Shown: positions 56,063 through 64,000 of the stretch, in pieces
Numbering within the stretch: position 1 is the first letter of the stretch
Layout: each line of letters opens with the position of its first letter
Source of the DNA: Patescibacteria group bacterium
GTDB lineage: Bacteria; Patescibacteriota; Patescibacteriia; UBA2591; JAQUPP01
Assembly: GCA_028717225.1 (NCBI GenBank)
Contig: JAQUOF010000001.1
Coordinates: 30,322-94,321, forward strand
DNA length: 64,000 nt
Reading direction: 5' to 3'
Position numbers and translations under genes: made by a program
Notes under the pieces: model-generated
The model's database searches: none
Seen by the model: the letters and a program-made list of their open reading frames with translations, nothing else
What the model was told of the DNA's origin: nothing

Positions 56063-56149
56063 TATCCCTCCTCTACTTACTTTTTCTATTGATAGAATTA
56101 AATATTAACACTTTAAATTTTTTTGTCAACCCCGTTAGAAATTTAAAAT

Positions 56150-56186
56150 AAAAGAGCTTGTTATTTTTAATATAACAAGCTCTTTT
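56150..56186 (-). terminator. Rho-independent terminator after HU
   Basis: AAAAGAGCTTGTTAT...ATAACAAGCTCTTTT. Confidence 0.75.
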
Positions 56187-56201
56187 AAAAAAATTTCAAA
56201 T

Positions 56202-56477
56202 TTATTTTACAGAAGTTTTGAATTCTTTACCGGCCTTAAACTTAGGAACTTTCATTGAAGGAATTTGAATTTTAACCTGAGTTTTTGGATTAATACCAGC
56301 TCTTGCTTTTCTTAATTTAACGGAAAAGGTTCCAAAACCGGCGATGGCCACTTTGTCTCCCTTCTTAAGAGCGGCAATAATGCTGTCAATAAAAGTATCA
56401 ATCATTCTGGCTGTTTCAGCTTTAGAACAATTTTTAGCTTTATTGGTTACAACTTCGATTAATTCAGCTTTATTCAT
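56202..56477 (-). CDS. hup: DNA-binding protein HU
   Basis: MNKAELI, GFGTF...RKAR.G.NP.T...I.IP...VPKFKAGK. Confidence 0.95.
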   Translation of the reverse strand: MNKAELIEVVTNKAKNCSKAETARMIDTFIDSIIAALKKGDKVAIAGFGTFSVKLRKARAGINPKTQVKIQIPSMKVPKFKAGKEFKTSVK

Positions 56478-56557
56478 AATTTTTTTAAAGATTTATTTAA
56501 TTGTTCGTTTTTTAAACGAATAGTGAGAATAAACGACCTTTAAAATATTTTTATGTC

Positions 56558-57679
56558 TTATTTGCTTTTAATCGGCATGATTAAATATAAATAAGATTCA
56601 TCAGAAACAGATCTAATAACAGCGGCCGTATTGTCATTTGTCACTTCAATATTCACCTCTTCGCCGCCCAAATTAATTAAACCATCGAGCAGATAACGAT
56701 AATTAAAAACAATTTCATTGTCTTCTCCTGAAATTTCTCCTTCTAAAACAGCCTTGTTTTCTCCCACTTGATTGTTCAGAGAAGAAATTTGAACCTGATT
56801 TTTCTTGGCGATTAATTTTAAGAAAATATCATTAATGCCGCTTTTTGTAAAAAAGCTGGCCGCTTTGACTGTTTTTAAAAAGTCATCTTTGTTAAGAACG
56901 GTTTTAGTTTTAAAATTCTGTGGAATAATTTGTTTATAATCAGGATAAATACCGCTGATTAAACGAGAAACCAATTCTGTGTTCTGATAAATAAATAAAA
57001 TTTGATTTTCCAATAAATAAATTTCCACATTATCTTCATTTTTAATGATTTTTAATAACTCTTGCAGGGTTTTGGCCGGAATAATAATATTTTTTATTTC
57101 TTTAACCGACAATTCTTTCAGAACAATGGATTTCTCCGCCAATCGATAACTGTCGGTTCCCACAATGGTTAAGTTTTTATCCTTGGGATAATTTAGAGTA
57201 AATAAAACTCCGCTTATTTCCATTCTTGTTTCATTGGGCGAGATGGTAAAAATAATTTTCTCCAAAGCATCTTTTAAAATCTTGCTTTCTATAATAATTT
57301 TTTCTTTTTTTTCTATTTGAGGAATAATTGGAAATTCTTCAGATGAAGATCCCTTAATTTTCGCTGTTTGATTTTTAGCTTCAATAATCAATTCGTTGTC
57401 TTTAATTTCTAAATTTAGAACCTCTCCCGGGGGCAATAAATTTATATAATTATTGAATATCTGAGAGGGAACCGTAAAAGTGCCTTCTTCTTCTATTTTA
57501 GCCCTAATTATGGTTTCTATGGCTATTTCCAGATTAGTACTGCTTAATTTTAAACCACCCTTTTCGGTTGAAATTAGAATATTATTCAAGATAGGCAGTC
57601 CTGATTTATTTATTCCGGCTAAATGACTTACAGTATTAAGACCTTGAGATAAATTTTCTTGTAAACAGGAGAATTTCAT
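56558..57679 (-). CDS. dnaN: DNA polymerase III beta sliding clamp
   Basis: LPIL.NIL, TNLEI, TDSYRLA, SRLI.G.YPDY..IIP, FN.RYL.D, LIMP. Confidence 0.96.
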   Translation of the reverse strand: MKFSCLQENLSQGLNTVSHLAGINKSGLPILNNILISTEKGGLKLSSTNLEIAIETIIRAKIEEEGTFTVPSQIFNNYINLLPPGEVLNLEIKDNELIIEAKNQTAKIKGSSSEEFPIIPQIEKKEKIIIESKILKDALEKIIFTISPNETRMEISGVLFTLNYPKDKNLTIVGTDSYRLAEKSIVLKELSVKEIKNIIIPAKTLQELLKIIKNEDNVEIYLLENQILFIYQNTELVSRLISGIYPDYKQIIPQNFKTKTVLNKDDFLKTVKAASFFTKSGINDIFLKLIAKKNQVQISSLNNQVGENKAVLEGEISGEDNEIVFNYRYLLDGLINLGGEEVNIEVTNDNTAAVIRSVSDESYLYLIMPIKSK

Positions 57680-57925
57680 ATAATGATTAATATTATGAAT
57701 TATTTTTTAATTTATAAATATATAATAATAGTAATAAGCTATGTTGAAAAGTGGGAAAACACTAAAAATCAATAGATACTTGCTTTCTAATAAACTATAC
57801 TTGTTAAAAGGCGGTAGATAAAACAGGGATAAAGAATGGATAAATCAGGCTAAAGAAAGGAAGAAGAAAATAGTCACACTTTATTAACATTTTGTTTCTT
57901 TATTTTTCCCCTTCTTTTTCACAGC
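57680..57925. other. Probable replication origin (oriC) unwinding region
   Basis: On the dnaN strand: overlapping DnaA-box-like TTTCCCACT/TTTTCAACA, then TTATTACTATTATTA (DnaA-trio-like), then an AT-rich stretch before the dnaN ATG; more degenerate boxes at 57813-57923. Confidence 0.65.
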
Positions 57926-58831
57926 CTAAAAATCTTCTTCCGGATGAGATAATTTAAGAAATAAATTATTCCAGGTTAAAAATTGAAAAGCAGAGAGAAT
58001 TGAAATTAAAATTGCGAAAACAATGGTCAGAATAAGCGCCCAAAATAAGAAAATCAGCCAAAATCCAAGGGTTACGTTAAATTGTAGAAAAATATAGAAC
58101 AAAAAGAAACAAGGCCAAGAAACACCAATAGATATTAATAAAATTATTAATCCGAATAAAATAGTGGTTATAAAGAGAATTAAAGAGGTTTTAAGGGTGA
58201 CAAGCCAATTTTTTATAAAGAAAATAAATCCTTTTTTAACGGCCAAGAAAAATCTCTCTTGTTCTAAGACCAAGAAACAAACAATATAACGGGAAATAAA
58301 AGAAATAAACACTTCAATCAGAATAAAAATTATAATATAGACGAAAATAGGAATTTGGATTTTATAAAGCGGCGTTAGTCCAACCAAGCTTAAAAGCCCA
58401 TAAATAATAAAAAATGAGATAATATTTAAACCGACAACCGGCAATATAAATTTTGTGCTTTTTTGTAAGATCTCGGGAACAATAAATGTCTTGGAATGTT
58501 TTAGGTTTCGCGCGATGAATAAAAAGGCGATGTAAGTTAAAAAAGATAAATAGATAAACAACAAAGTGACTATAATTGCTAAAATAAATCTTGAAAGAGC
58601 ATCAAGATTAACCGAGGTTGGTAAGGAAATGGAAGAAAAAATTTGTCCAAACTGAGCGCGGATTACTTTAAGGGTGATTAAATTATTTATCCAATTGTTG
58701 ATTTTCTCAATATTAATAATAATCAAACTGATTTCATTCACCGCGAAAGGAATACTTAAAAAACCCAATAACCATAAAATTGGGTTTTCCCAGATGATTT
58801 TTAGGGTTTGTTTTAATGATTTAATTTCCAT
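57926..58831 (-). CDS. Multi-pass membrane protein
   Basis: About 6-7 hydrophobic helices; LW.LG N-terminal motif. Confidence 0.7.
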   Translation of the reverse strand: MEIKSLKQTLKIIWENPILWLLGFLSIPFAVNEISLIIINIEKINNWINNLITLKVIRAQFGQIFSSISLPTSVNLDALSRFILAIIVTLLFIYLSFLTYIAFLFIARNLKHSKTFIVPEILQKSTKFILPVVGLNIISFFIIYGLLSLVGLTPLYKIQIPIFVYIIIFILIEVFISFISRYIVCFLVLEQERFFLAVKKGFIFFIKNWLVTLKTSLILFITTILFGLIILLISIGVSWPCFFLFYIFLQFNVTLGFWLIFLFWALILTIVFAILISILSAFQFLTWNNLFLKLSHPEEDF

Positions 58832-58834
58832 AAA

Positions 58835-60652
58835 TTAATTTTTCATGATTTTGGCAAACTCTTCTTTCTCAATAGTTTCTTTTTTAAGCAGAATTTTAGC
58901 CACTTCTTCCAGTTTTTCTTTATTTTTTTCAAGAATCTCTTGAGCTCTATTATAACAAAGATTAATGATTTTAGAAACTTCTTCATCTATGGTTTGGGCT
59001 ATTTTTTCAGAATAATCTCGTCTCTCGGAAATTTCCCGACCCAAGAAAATTAATTCTTCTTTTTCGCCAAAGGTGCGCGGACCCAAAATATCGCTCATAC
59101 CGAACTCGGTTACAAGCTTGCGGCTTAAATGGGTCACTTGCCGCAAATCATTAGAAGCGCCTGTGGTCACCTCTTTAAAGGTGAGTTTTTCGCTTATATA
59201 ACCGCCAAGATAAACAGCAATATTGTCCAAAAATTCCGGTTTGGAACGAAGATATTTTTCTTCTTCTGGCATGCGCAAAGTATAACCGGCGGCTTGTCCG
59301 CGAGAAATAATTGATACTTTATGAACCGGATCGCAGCTTGGCAAATTCCAGCTGACGATGGCGTGTCCGGCTTCATGAAAAGCGACGATATTTTTTTCTT
59401 TATCCGAGAGAATATGGCTTTTTCTTTCCGGTCCCAATAAAACCTTGTCTATGCTTTCTAAAATTTCTTCATGGCCGACTTTTTTCTTGTTATTTTTAAC
59501 AGTTAAAATAGCTGCTTCGTTTAAAAGATTTTCCAAATCTGCTCCTGAAAAACCAGGCGTTCTTTCGGCAATCTGATGTAAATTTACATTTGATGCCAAA
59601 GGTTTACCGGCGGAATGGATTTTTAAAATAAATTCGCGATCTTTAATATCAGGTATATCTAAAATAACCTTTCTATCAAATCTACCCGGTCTTAATAAGG
59701 CCGGATCTAAAATATCAGGTCGATTTGTTGCCGCCATAACCACTAATCCGCTATTGGGTTCAAAACCATCAAGTTCCACCAGAATTTGATTTAAAGTTTG
59801 TTCTCTTTCATCATGAGATCCGCCAACTCCCGATCCTCTGACACGGCCGACAGCGTCAAGTTCGTCGATAAAAATAATACAAGGAAGATTTTTTTGTGCT
59901 CTTCTAAAAAGATCTCTGACGCGCGAAGCTCCGACGCCAACAAACATTTCCACAAATTCAGAACCGGAAATATGGAAAAAAGGAACATTTGCTTCTCCGG
60001 CCACTGCTCTTGCCAAGAGGGTTTTACCAGTGCCCGGCATGCCGATTAAAAGCACTCCTTTGGGAATTTTAGCTCCCATGTTAATGAAATTTTTTGGACT
60101 TTTTAAGAATTTTACCACGTCTTGAAGGGCTTCTTTGGCTTCATGAACACCGGCCACATTTTGAAAAGTTACTTTTGTTCTTTTGTCTTTTGGGTTAACT
60201 TGTCTGGCCTTGCTTTCTCCAAATTTAAAAGCCTGCATTCCTGATCCCTTCATTTGATTGGATAAATAATAAAAAAAGCCCACCAGAAGCAGGAAGGGCA
60301 ATAAGATGGGTAAAATAACAGTTAAAAAGACATTGCGATTATTGGCGGTTTTAACTTTTATGGAAAGCTTGGAAAGTTTATCAGAGCCAACTCCATAATT
60401 GGCTAAAAGCTCAGTCAAAGGTTGATTGTCTTCTTTTAAGGTAAGTTGTTTCTCTTGATTAACTAATAAAATATTCAAAGAATTGTCAGTAACGACAATT
60501 TCTTTTACTTTATCTTCTTGAATCTCTTGAACCAACTGGCTGATGCTTATTTCTTGAGGTTTTTTATTATCAGAACTTGTTAAACTGAAAACTCCGGCAA
60601 TAACTAAAAAAATAATCAAAAAAATGAGAAAATTCTTTAATAAATTTTTCAT
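58835..60652 (-). CDS. ftsH: ATP-dependent zinc metalloprotease FtsH
   Basis: Two TM helices, [39 protein letters not shown]. Confidence 0.97.
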   Translation of the reverse strand: MKNLLKNFLIFLIIFLVIAGVFSLTSSDNKKPQEISISQLVQEIQEDKVKEIVVTDNSLNILLVNQEKQLTLKEDNQPLTELLANYGVGSDKLSKLSIKVKTANNRNVFLTVILPILLPFLLLVGFFYYLSNQMKGSGMQAFKFGESKARQVNPKDKRTKVTFQNVAGVHEAKEALQDVVKFLKSPKNFINMGAKIPKGVLLIGMPGTGKTLLARAVAGEANVPFFHISGSEFVEMFVGVGASRVRDLFRRAQKNLPCIIFIDELDAVGRVRGSGVGGSHDEREQTLNQILVELDGFEPNSGLVVMAATNRPDILDPALLRPGRFDRKVILDIPDIKDREFILKIHSAGKPLASNVNLHQIAERTPGFSGADLENLLNEAAILTVKNNKKKVGHEEILESIDKVLLGPERKSHILSDKEKNIVAFHEAGHAIVSWNLPSCDPVHKVSIISRGQAAGYTLRMPEEEKYLRSKPEFLDNIAVYLGGYISEKLTFKEVTTGASNDLRQVTHLSRKLVTEFGMSDILGPRTFGEKEELIFLGREISERRDYSEKIAQTIDEEVSKIINLCYNRAQEILEKNKEKLEEVAKILLKKETIEKEEFAKIMKN

Positions 60653-60657
60653 AGTGT

Positions 60658-61782
60658 TTATTTCTCGTCGCCAGATTGTTGATCTTGAGGCTTATCTTCT
60701 TTATTATTTCTCAAAGAAAGTCCTAAACGATGGTTCTCCGGTTCTACGGAGACAACTCTAAATTTTATTTGATCGCCGATTTTAGCAATTTTGGACATAT
60801 CCGTCACCGGTTGGTCAGAAAGCTCGGAAATATGTGCTAATCCGTGAATATCAGGATCTAGTTCCACAAATAAACCGAAAGGATTTACTTTTAAAACAGT
60901 TCCCATAACCTCTTGCCCCACTTTATATTTTTCAGATACTTTAACCCATGGATCTTCCATTAATCTTCGGGTGGATAAAGAAATTTTGCCGTCTTCGGTA
61001 ATACCGATAATTTTAGCTTTTACTTTATCCCCAACGTTGATTACATTTTTGGGATGATCTATTCTTTGCCAAGCCAATTCGGAAATATGAATCAAGCCCT
61101 CTTGGCTTTTATCAAAAGTGACAAAGGCGCCAAAATCAACTATGCCGCTGATTTTTCCTTCAACCACATCGCCGACTTTGTAATTTGACAAAATAGATTC
61201 TCCGGTTGGTGCTGAAATATTTTTTTCCGAAACAATAAATTTTTCATTTTCCTCATCAACATTGATAATTCGAACAGAAAAATCCTGTCCAATATATGTT
61301 TTGAGTTTTTCCAAAATTCTGGTTTTATTGCCGCCGTCAACTCTGGGATAGTGTTCGCCACTCAAATGAGAAACGGGTAAAAATCCGGCTACTTTTCCAA
61401 AACGAATAAGAAGCCCGCCTTTATTGGCTTCTAGGGCTTTCACTTTTATCGGTTCGCCCTTTTCCATCAGTTCTATTAACTGATCCCATGCTTTTTTATG
61501 GCTGGCAAAACGAAAAGACAATTCCATTAAACCTCTTTCATTCTCCAGATCAATAACGGTTGCCGAAGTTGTATCGCCAATTTTTAAATTGGAAAATTCT
61601 CCGGATTCGTCAAAAAGTTCCGGACCACGGATAATACCGGTGGTGACTCCGTCGATGTCTAAATAAATTTCATTTCGGCCAATTTCTAAAATTTGGCCCT
61701 CAACCAAATCGCCCATCTTGGGAAGCGCTTTGGCAGATTGAAGATACTCTTTTTTAATTAATTTTGTTGTGTCGCTAATCAT
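60658..61782 (-). CDS. rpsA: 30S ribosomal protein S1 (short, four S1 domains)
   Basis: Repeated S1 motifs (FGAFV..GLIHISEL, FGLFV..GLAHISEL); TTGACT-N16-TATAAT promoter at 61818-61791. Confidence 0.88.
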   Translation of the reverse strand: MISDTTKLIKKEYLQSAKALPKMGDLVEGQILEIGRNEIYLDIDGVTTGIIRGPELFDESGEFSNLKIGDTTSATVIDLENERGLMELSFRFASHKKAWDQLIELMEKGEPIKVKALEANKGGLLIRFGKVAGFLPVSHLSGEHYPRVDGGNKTRILEKLKTYIGQDFSVRIINVDEENEKFIVSEKNISAPTGESILSNYKVGDVVEGKISGIVDFGAFVTFDKSQEGLIHISELAWQRIDHPKNVINVGDKVKAKIIGITEDGKISLSTRRLMEDPWVKVSEKYKVGQEVMGTVLKVNPFGLFVELDPDIHGLAHISELSDQPVTDMSKIAKIGDQIKFRVVSVEPENHRLGLSLRNNKEDKPQDQQSGDEK

Positions 61783-61819
61783 ATAGGATTATTATAAACA
61801 TCTTTAAAAATCAGTCAAC

Positions 61820-61954
61820 CCCCTCACCTGAACGCTGATAAGCGCTTAATATCCTATTATGTTTTAATTTTTTTTACACAATAAATTAAAAATATTTTGA
61901 ATATAAACAAATAAAATTTTATATTTTAAAAATACATCAGCGTTTGGTGAGGGG
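61820..61954. mobile_element. MITE-like element with GTCAAC target duplication
   Basis: Termini CCCCTCACC(TG)AACGCTGAT / ATCAGCGTTTGGTGAGGGG; GTCAAC at 61814-61819 and 61955-61960. Confidence 0.75.
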
Positions 61955-62052
61955 GTCAACCCCTGCCTTATTGAATAATAGCCCGATTGACATCTCTGTT
62001 TTAAAAGCTAAAATAAAGAACAAATAAGGGGCTTCTCAATTTTAAATTAAAA

Positions 62053-63468
62053 ATGTTTAAAAATTTTCATAAAAAATATCTTTTTTTAACACTGGCAGTT
62101 TTAATACTGGTTATTTTTATTGTTTTAATTTCCTTTTTTTATTATAAACCGGATAATCTGATAAATTACGCGCCTTCCAACACGCTTTTTTATCTGCATT
62201 TTGATTTAAATAAATTTCACCAAGGCGGTTATTTGGGAAATAAGTGGTTGAAAGAACACTGGCCGGAGAAAACAATGAATTCTTTTTTAACCAGCCAATC
62301 AGATTTAGCTATTGTTGGCGCCAATTTTCGCCAAGCGGATATTTCTTTATTCAGAGAGGCCGGTTGCTTTGTTTTTTTTGAAAATAATTATTCTCAAAAC
62401 CCTTCTCTGGTTTTTATTTTTAAAACCAGAGCCCGTGGCGCTGATTTTCCTTTAATTGTTTCCAACGCCGGTTCGGAAACTTTTCATTACAAAAGATTAA
62501 CTTCTGATATTTGGGCAATAGCCTCTCGGCCGGAAATTTTAGACAGTATTCAATTGAATTCGGGGGGTTTTAGAAAACAAGTTAAAGATTTTCATTTTTC
62601 TTCAGAATTGGCTTGGGGAAAGGGATATTTTAATTTAAAAGAATTTATTAATTCACCTTTATTTAAAGCGGATATTTTAGGGTTAAACCCCGAGATTGTT
62701 GATAAAATCAAGAATTTTAAGAGCGTATTTTTGAAAATTAATTTTATTCCATACCAAAATTCTTTAGTCCTAGATATAGATTTTGACAATTCTTTAAAAC
62801 CATTTTTAAATTCAAATAATCAAGGGTTTGGTTGGGAACAAGGAAAAAGTTTTATTATTTCTTCTCTTCAAGATGATTTTAGAACTACTGCTCTTCTATG
62901 GGGCGGTTCGGATTTATTTTTCCCGGATATTAAAAATTTTTCTCCGAGTTTGATTTCTTTAAATCAAATAAAGCAAGAATCAACCTCAATTGATGAATTA
63001 AATATGACGATTATTTCTTCTAATCTCAAGACTATGGATAACTTAGAGGAAAAGATTAAAGAAAATTGGGCTTTTAAAAATCCGGTTGAAAAAAAAGTAA
63101 TTTTACCGGACAAAACTTCTTTTATTGAATTGGTGGCCGATCCGAGTATTTTTAATTTTGACGAAAAGTTTATTAACAATTTAAAACTATCTTATTTTTC
63201 AGACAATGAAACCGAAATAGCCCTGGCCCAAAACGACCAATATGCATTTATTTCAAACAGCATTCCGTCTTTAGAAAAAATACTGATTAATTATCAGCCA
63301 ACTTCTCAAATAAATAATAATTTAAATATTTCCAATTATTTCTCTCCGGATATTTTAAGAAAAAATTTCTCTCCGGTCTTATATTGGAGAATTAAACAGT
63401 TTGGAGTAGAGGATATGGTGATTATTAATCAAAACCAAAAAATCAAAGGTTGTCTAAGATTATTTTAG
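62053..63468 (+). CDS. Membrane-anchored hypothetical protein
   Basis: N-terminal TM, Y.P..T..Y motif, LPD.T...EL..DP; promoter TTGACA-N16-TAAAAT at 61987-62014. Confidence 0.65.
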   Translation: MFKNFHKKYLFLTLAVLILVIFIVLISFFYYKPDNLINYAPSNTLFYLHFDLNKFHQGGYLGNKWLKEHWPEKTMNSFLTSQSDLAIVGANFRQADISLFREAGCFVFFENNYSQNPSLVFIFKTRARGADFPLIVSNAGSETFHYKRLTSDIWAIASRPEILDSIQLNSGGFRKQVKDFHFSSELAWGKGYFNLKEFINSPLFKADILGLNPEIVDKIKNFKSVFLKINFIPYQNSLVLDIDFDNSLKPFLNSNNQGFGWEQGKSFIISSLQDDFRTTALLWGGSDLFFPDIKNFSPSLISLNQIKQESTSIDELNMTIISSNLKTMDNLEEKIKENWAFKNPVEKKVILPDKTSFIELVADPSIFNFDEKFINNLKLSYFSDNETEIALAQNDQYAFISNSIPSLEKILINYQPTSQINNNLNISNYFSPDILRKNFSPVLYWRIKQFGVEDMVIINQNQKIKGCLRLF

Positions 63469-63575
63469 ATGTGGATAACTTACCTTGAAAAAGATATGTT
63501 ATGCCCTAATATAAGAGCATCAAAATAAAGGGATTATCAAGAGAGAGCTTTTAATAACTTTAATTTTTCAAAATT

Positions 63576-63929
63576 ATGTTAAAAAACTTTTTAGCTTCAA
63601 TCAAAGAAGACCTTCTAAAACAAAGACAGGAATTAAAAAAACAATTGGAAGAAATTGCCAACAAAAGCGCTCGCAACCAAAATGGTTATGAAGCTAAATT
63701 TCCGGAATATGGCGACTCTGAAGATGAAAATGCCGACGAAGTGGCGACTTTTATTGATACTCTTTCTTTAGAAGACAATCTTGAAACTTCTCTAAATAAT
63801 GTTGAGGCCGCTTTAAAGAAACTTGAGAAAGGCAAATACGGGCTTTGTGAAAAATGCGGACAGCCGATTAATCCAAAAAGACTTCAAGCTTTGCCACAAG
63901 CCAAGCATTGTCTTGATTGTCATAAATAA
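63576..63929 (+). CDS. TraR/DksA C4-type zinc finger protein
   Basis: Coiled coil with acidic tip, YGLCEKCG..I...RL.ALP.A..C.DC. Confidence 0.9.
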   Translation: MLKNFLASIKEDLLKQRQELKKQLEEIANKSARNQNGYEAKFPEYGDSEDENADEVATFIDTLSLEDNLETSLNNVEAALKKLEKGKYGLCEKCGQPINPKRLQALPQAKHCLDCHK

Positions 63930-63938
63930 CATTTTAAA

Positions 63939-64000
63939 ATGAAAAATAAATTAATATTGATTAATATATTGGTTTTATTTTTTTTTATTTTAGACAGATT
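63939..64000 (+). CDS. Partial membrane protein, possibly signal peptidase II
   Basis: MKNKLILINILVLFFFILDR; hydrophobic helix ending LDR, after a dksA-like gene; only 20 codons visible. Confidence 0.35.
   Translation, partial: MKNKLILINILVLFFFILDR

Noticed and set aside
30203..63478. Isolated perfect DnaA boxes (TGTGGATAA at ~30203, ~46443, ~63470) as origins
   Set aside because: Single boxes without trios or clustering; one lies inside a CDS.

Overview
AT-rich bacterial chromosomal segment (standard genetic code). Gene content points to a Patescibacteria/CPR (Parcubacteria-like) genome; this is inferred, not from a database search. Housekeeping genes: leuS, rsmA, comM, deoC, ppdK, rpsF-ssb-rpsR-efp-pilT, HU, dnaN, ftsH, rpsA and dksA-like, plus four tRNAs (Arg-CCT, Ala-CGC, Arg-TCG, Lys-CTT). 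There is a surface-protein locus (2807-aa Cys-rich protein, TrbL/VirB6-like protein), two parS sites and a probable oriC unwinding element upstream of dnaN with no adjacent dnaA. The most striking structure is a layer of very small repeats. A 16-bp palindrome, TCCGCCAGCTGGCGGA, occurs six times: in frame inside three enzymes, once upstream of a gene, and inside two degenerate tRNA-Lys copies that flank the intact tRNA-Lys. At tRNA-Ala a GIY-YIG nuclease gene lies between tRNA-Ala fragments that carry related palindromes. MITE-like elements duplicate a promoter -35 hexamer, and 7-8-bp tandem arrays occur both between and inside genes. Probable imported genes include two T9SS-CTD/FlgD-Ig proteins, a Thermococcales-type HypA/HypB pair and a SpeD-SpeE fusion with speE. 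No CRISPR array, rRNA, integrase, transposase or reverse transcriptase was seen. All calls come from manual reading and motif recognition.
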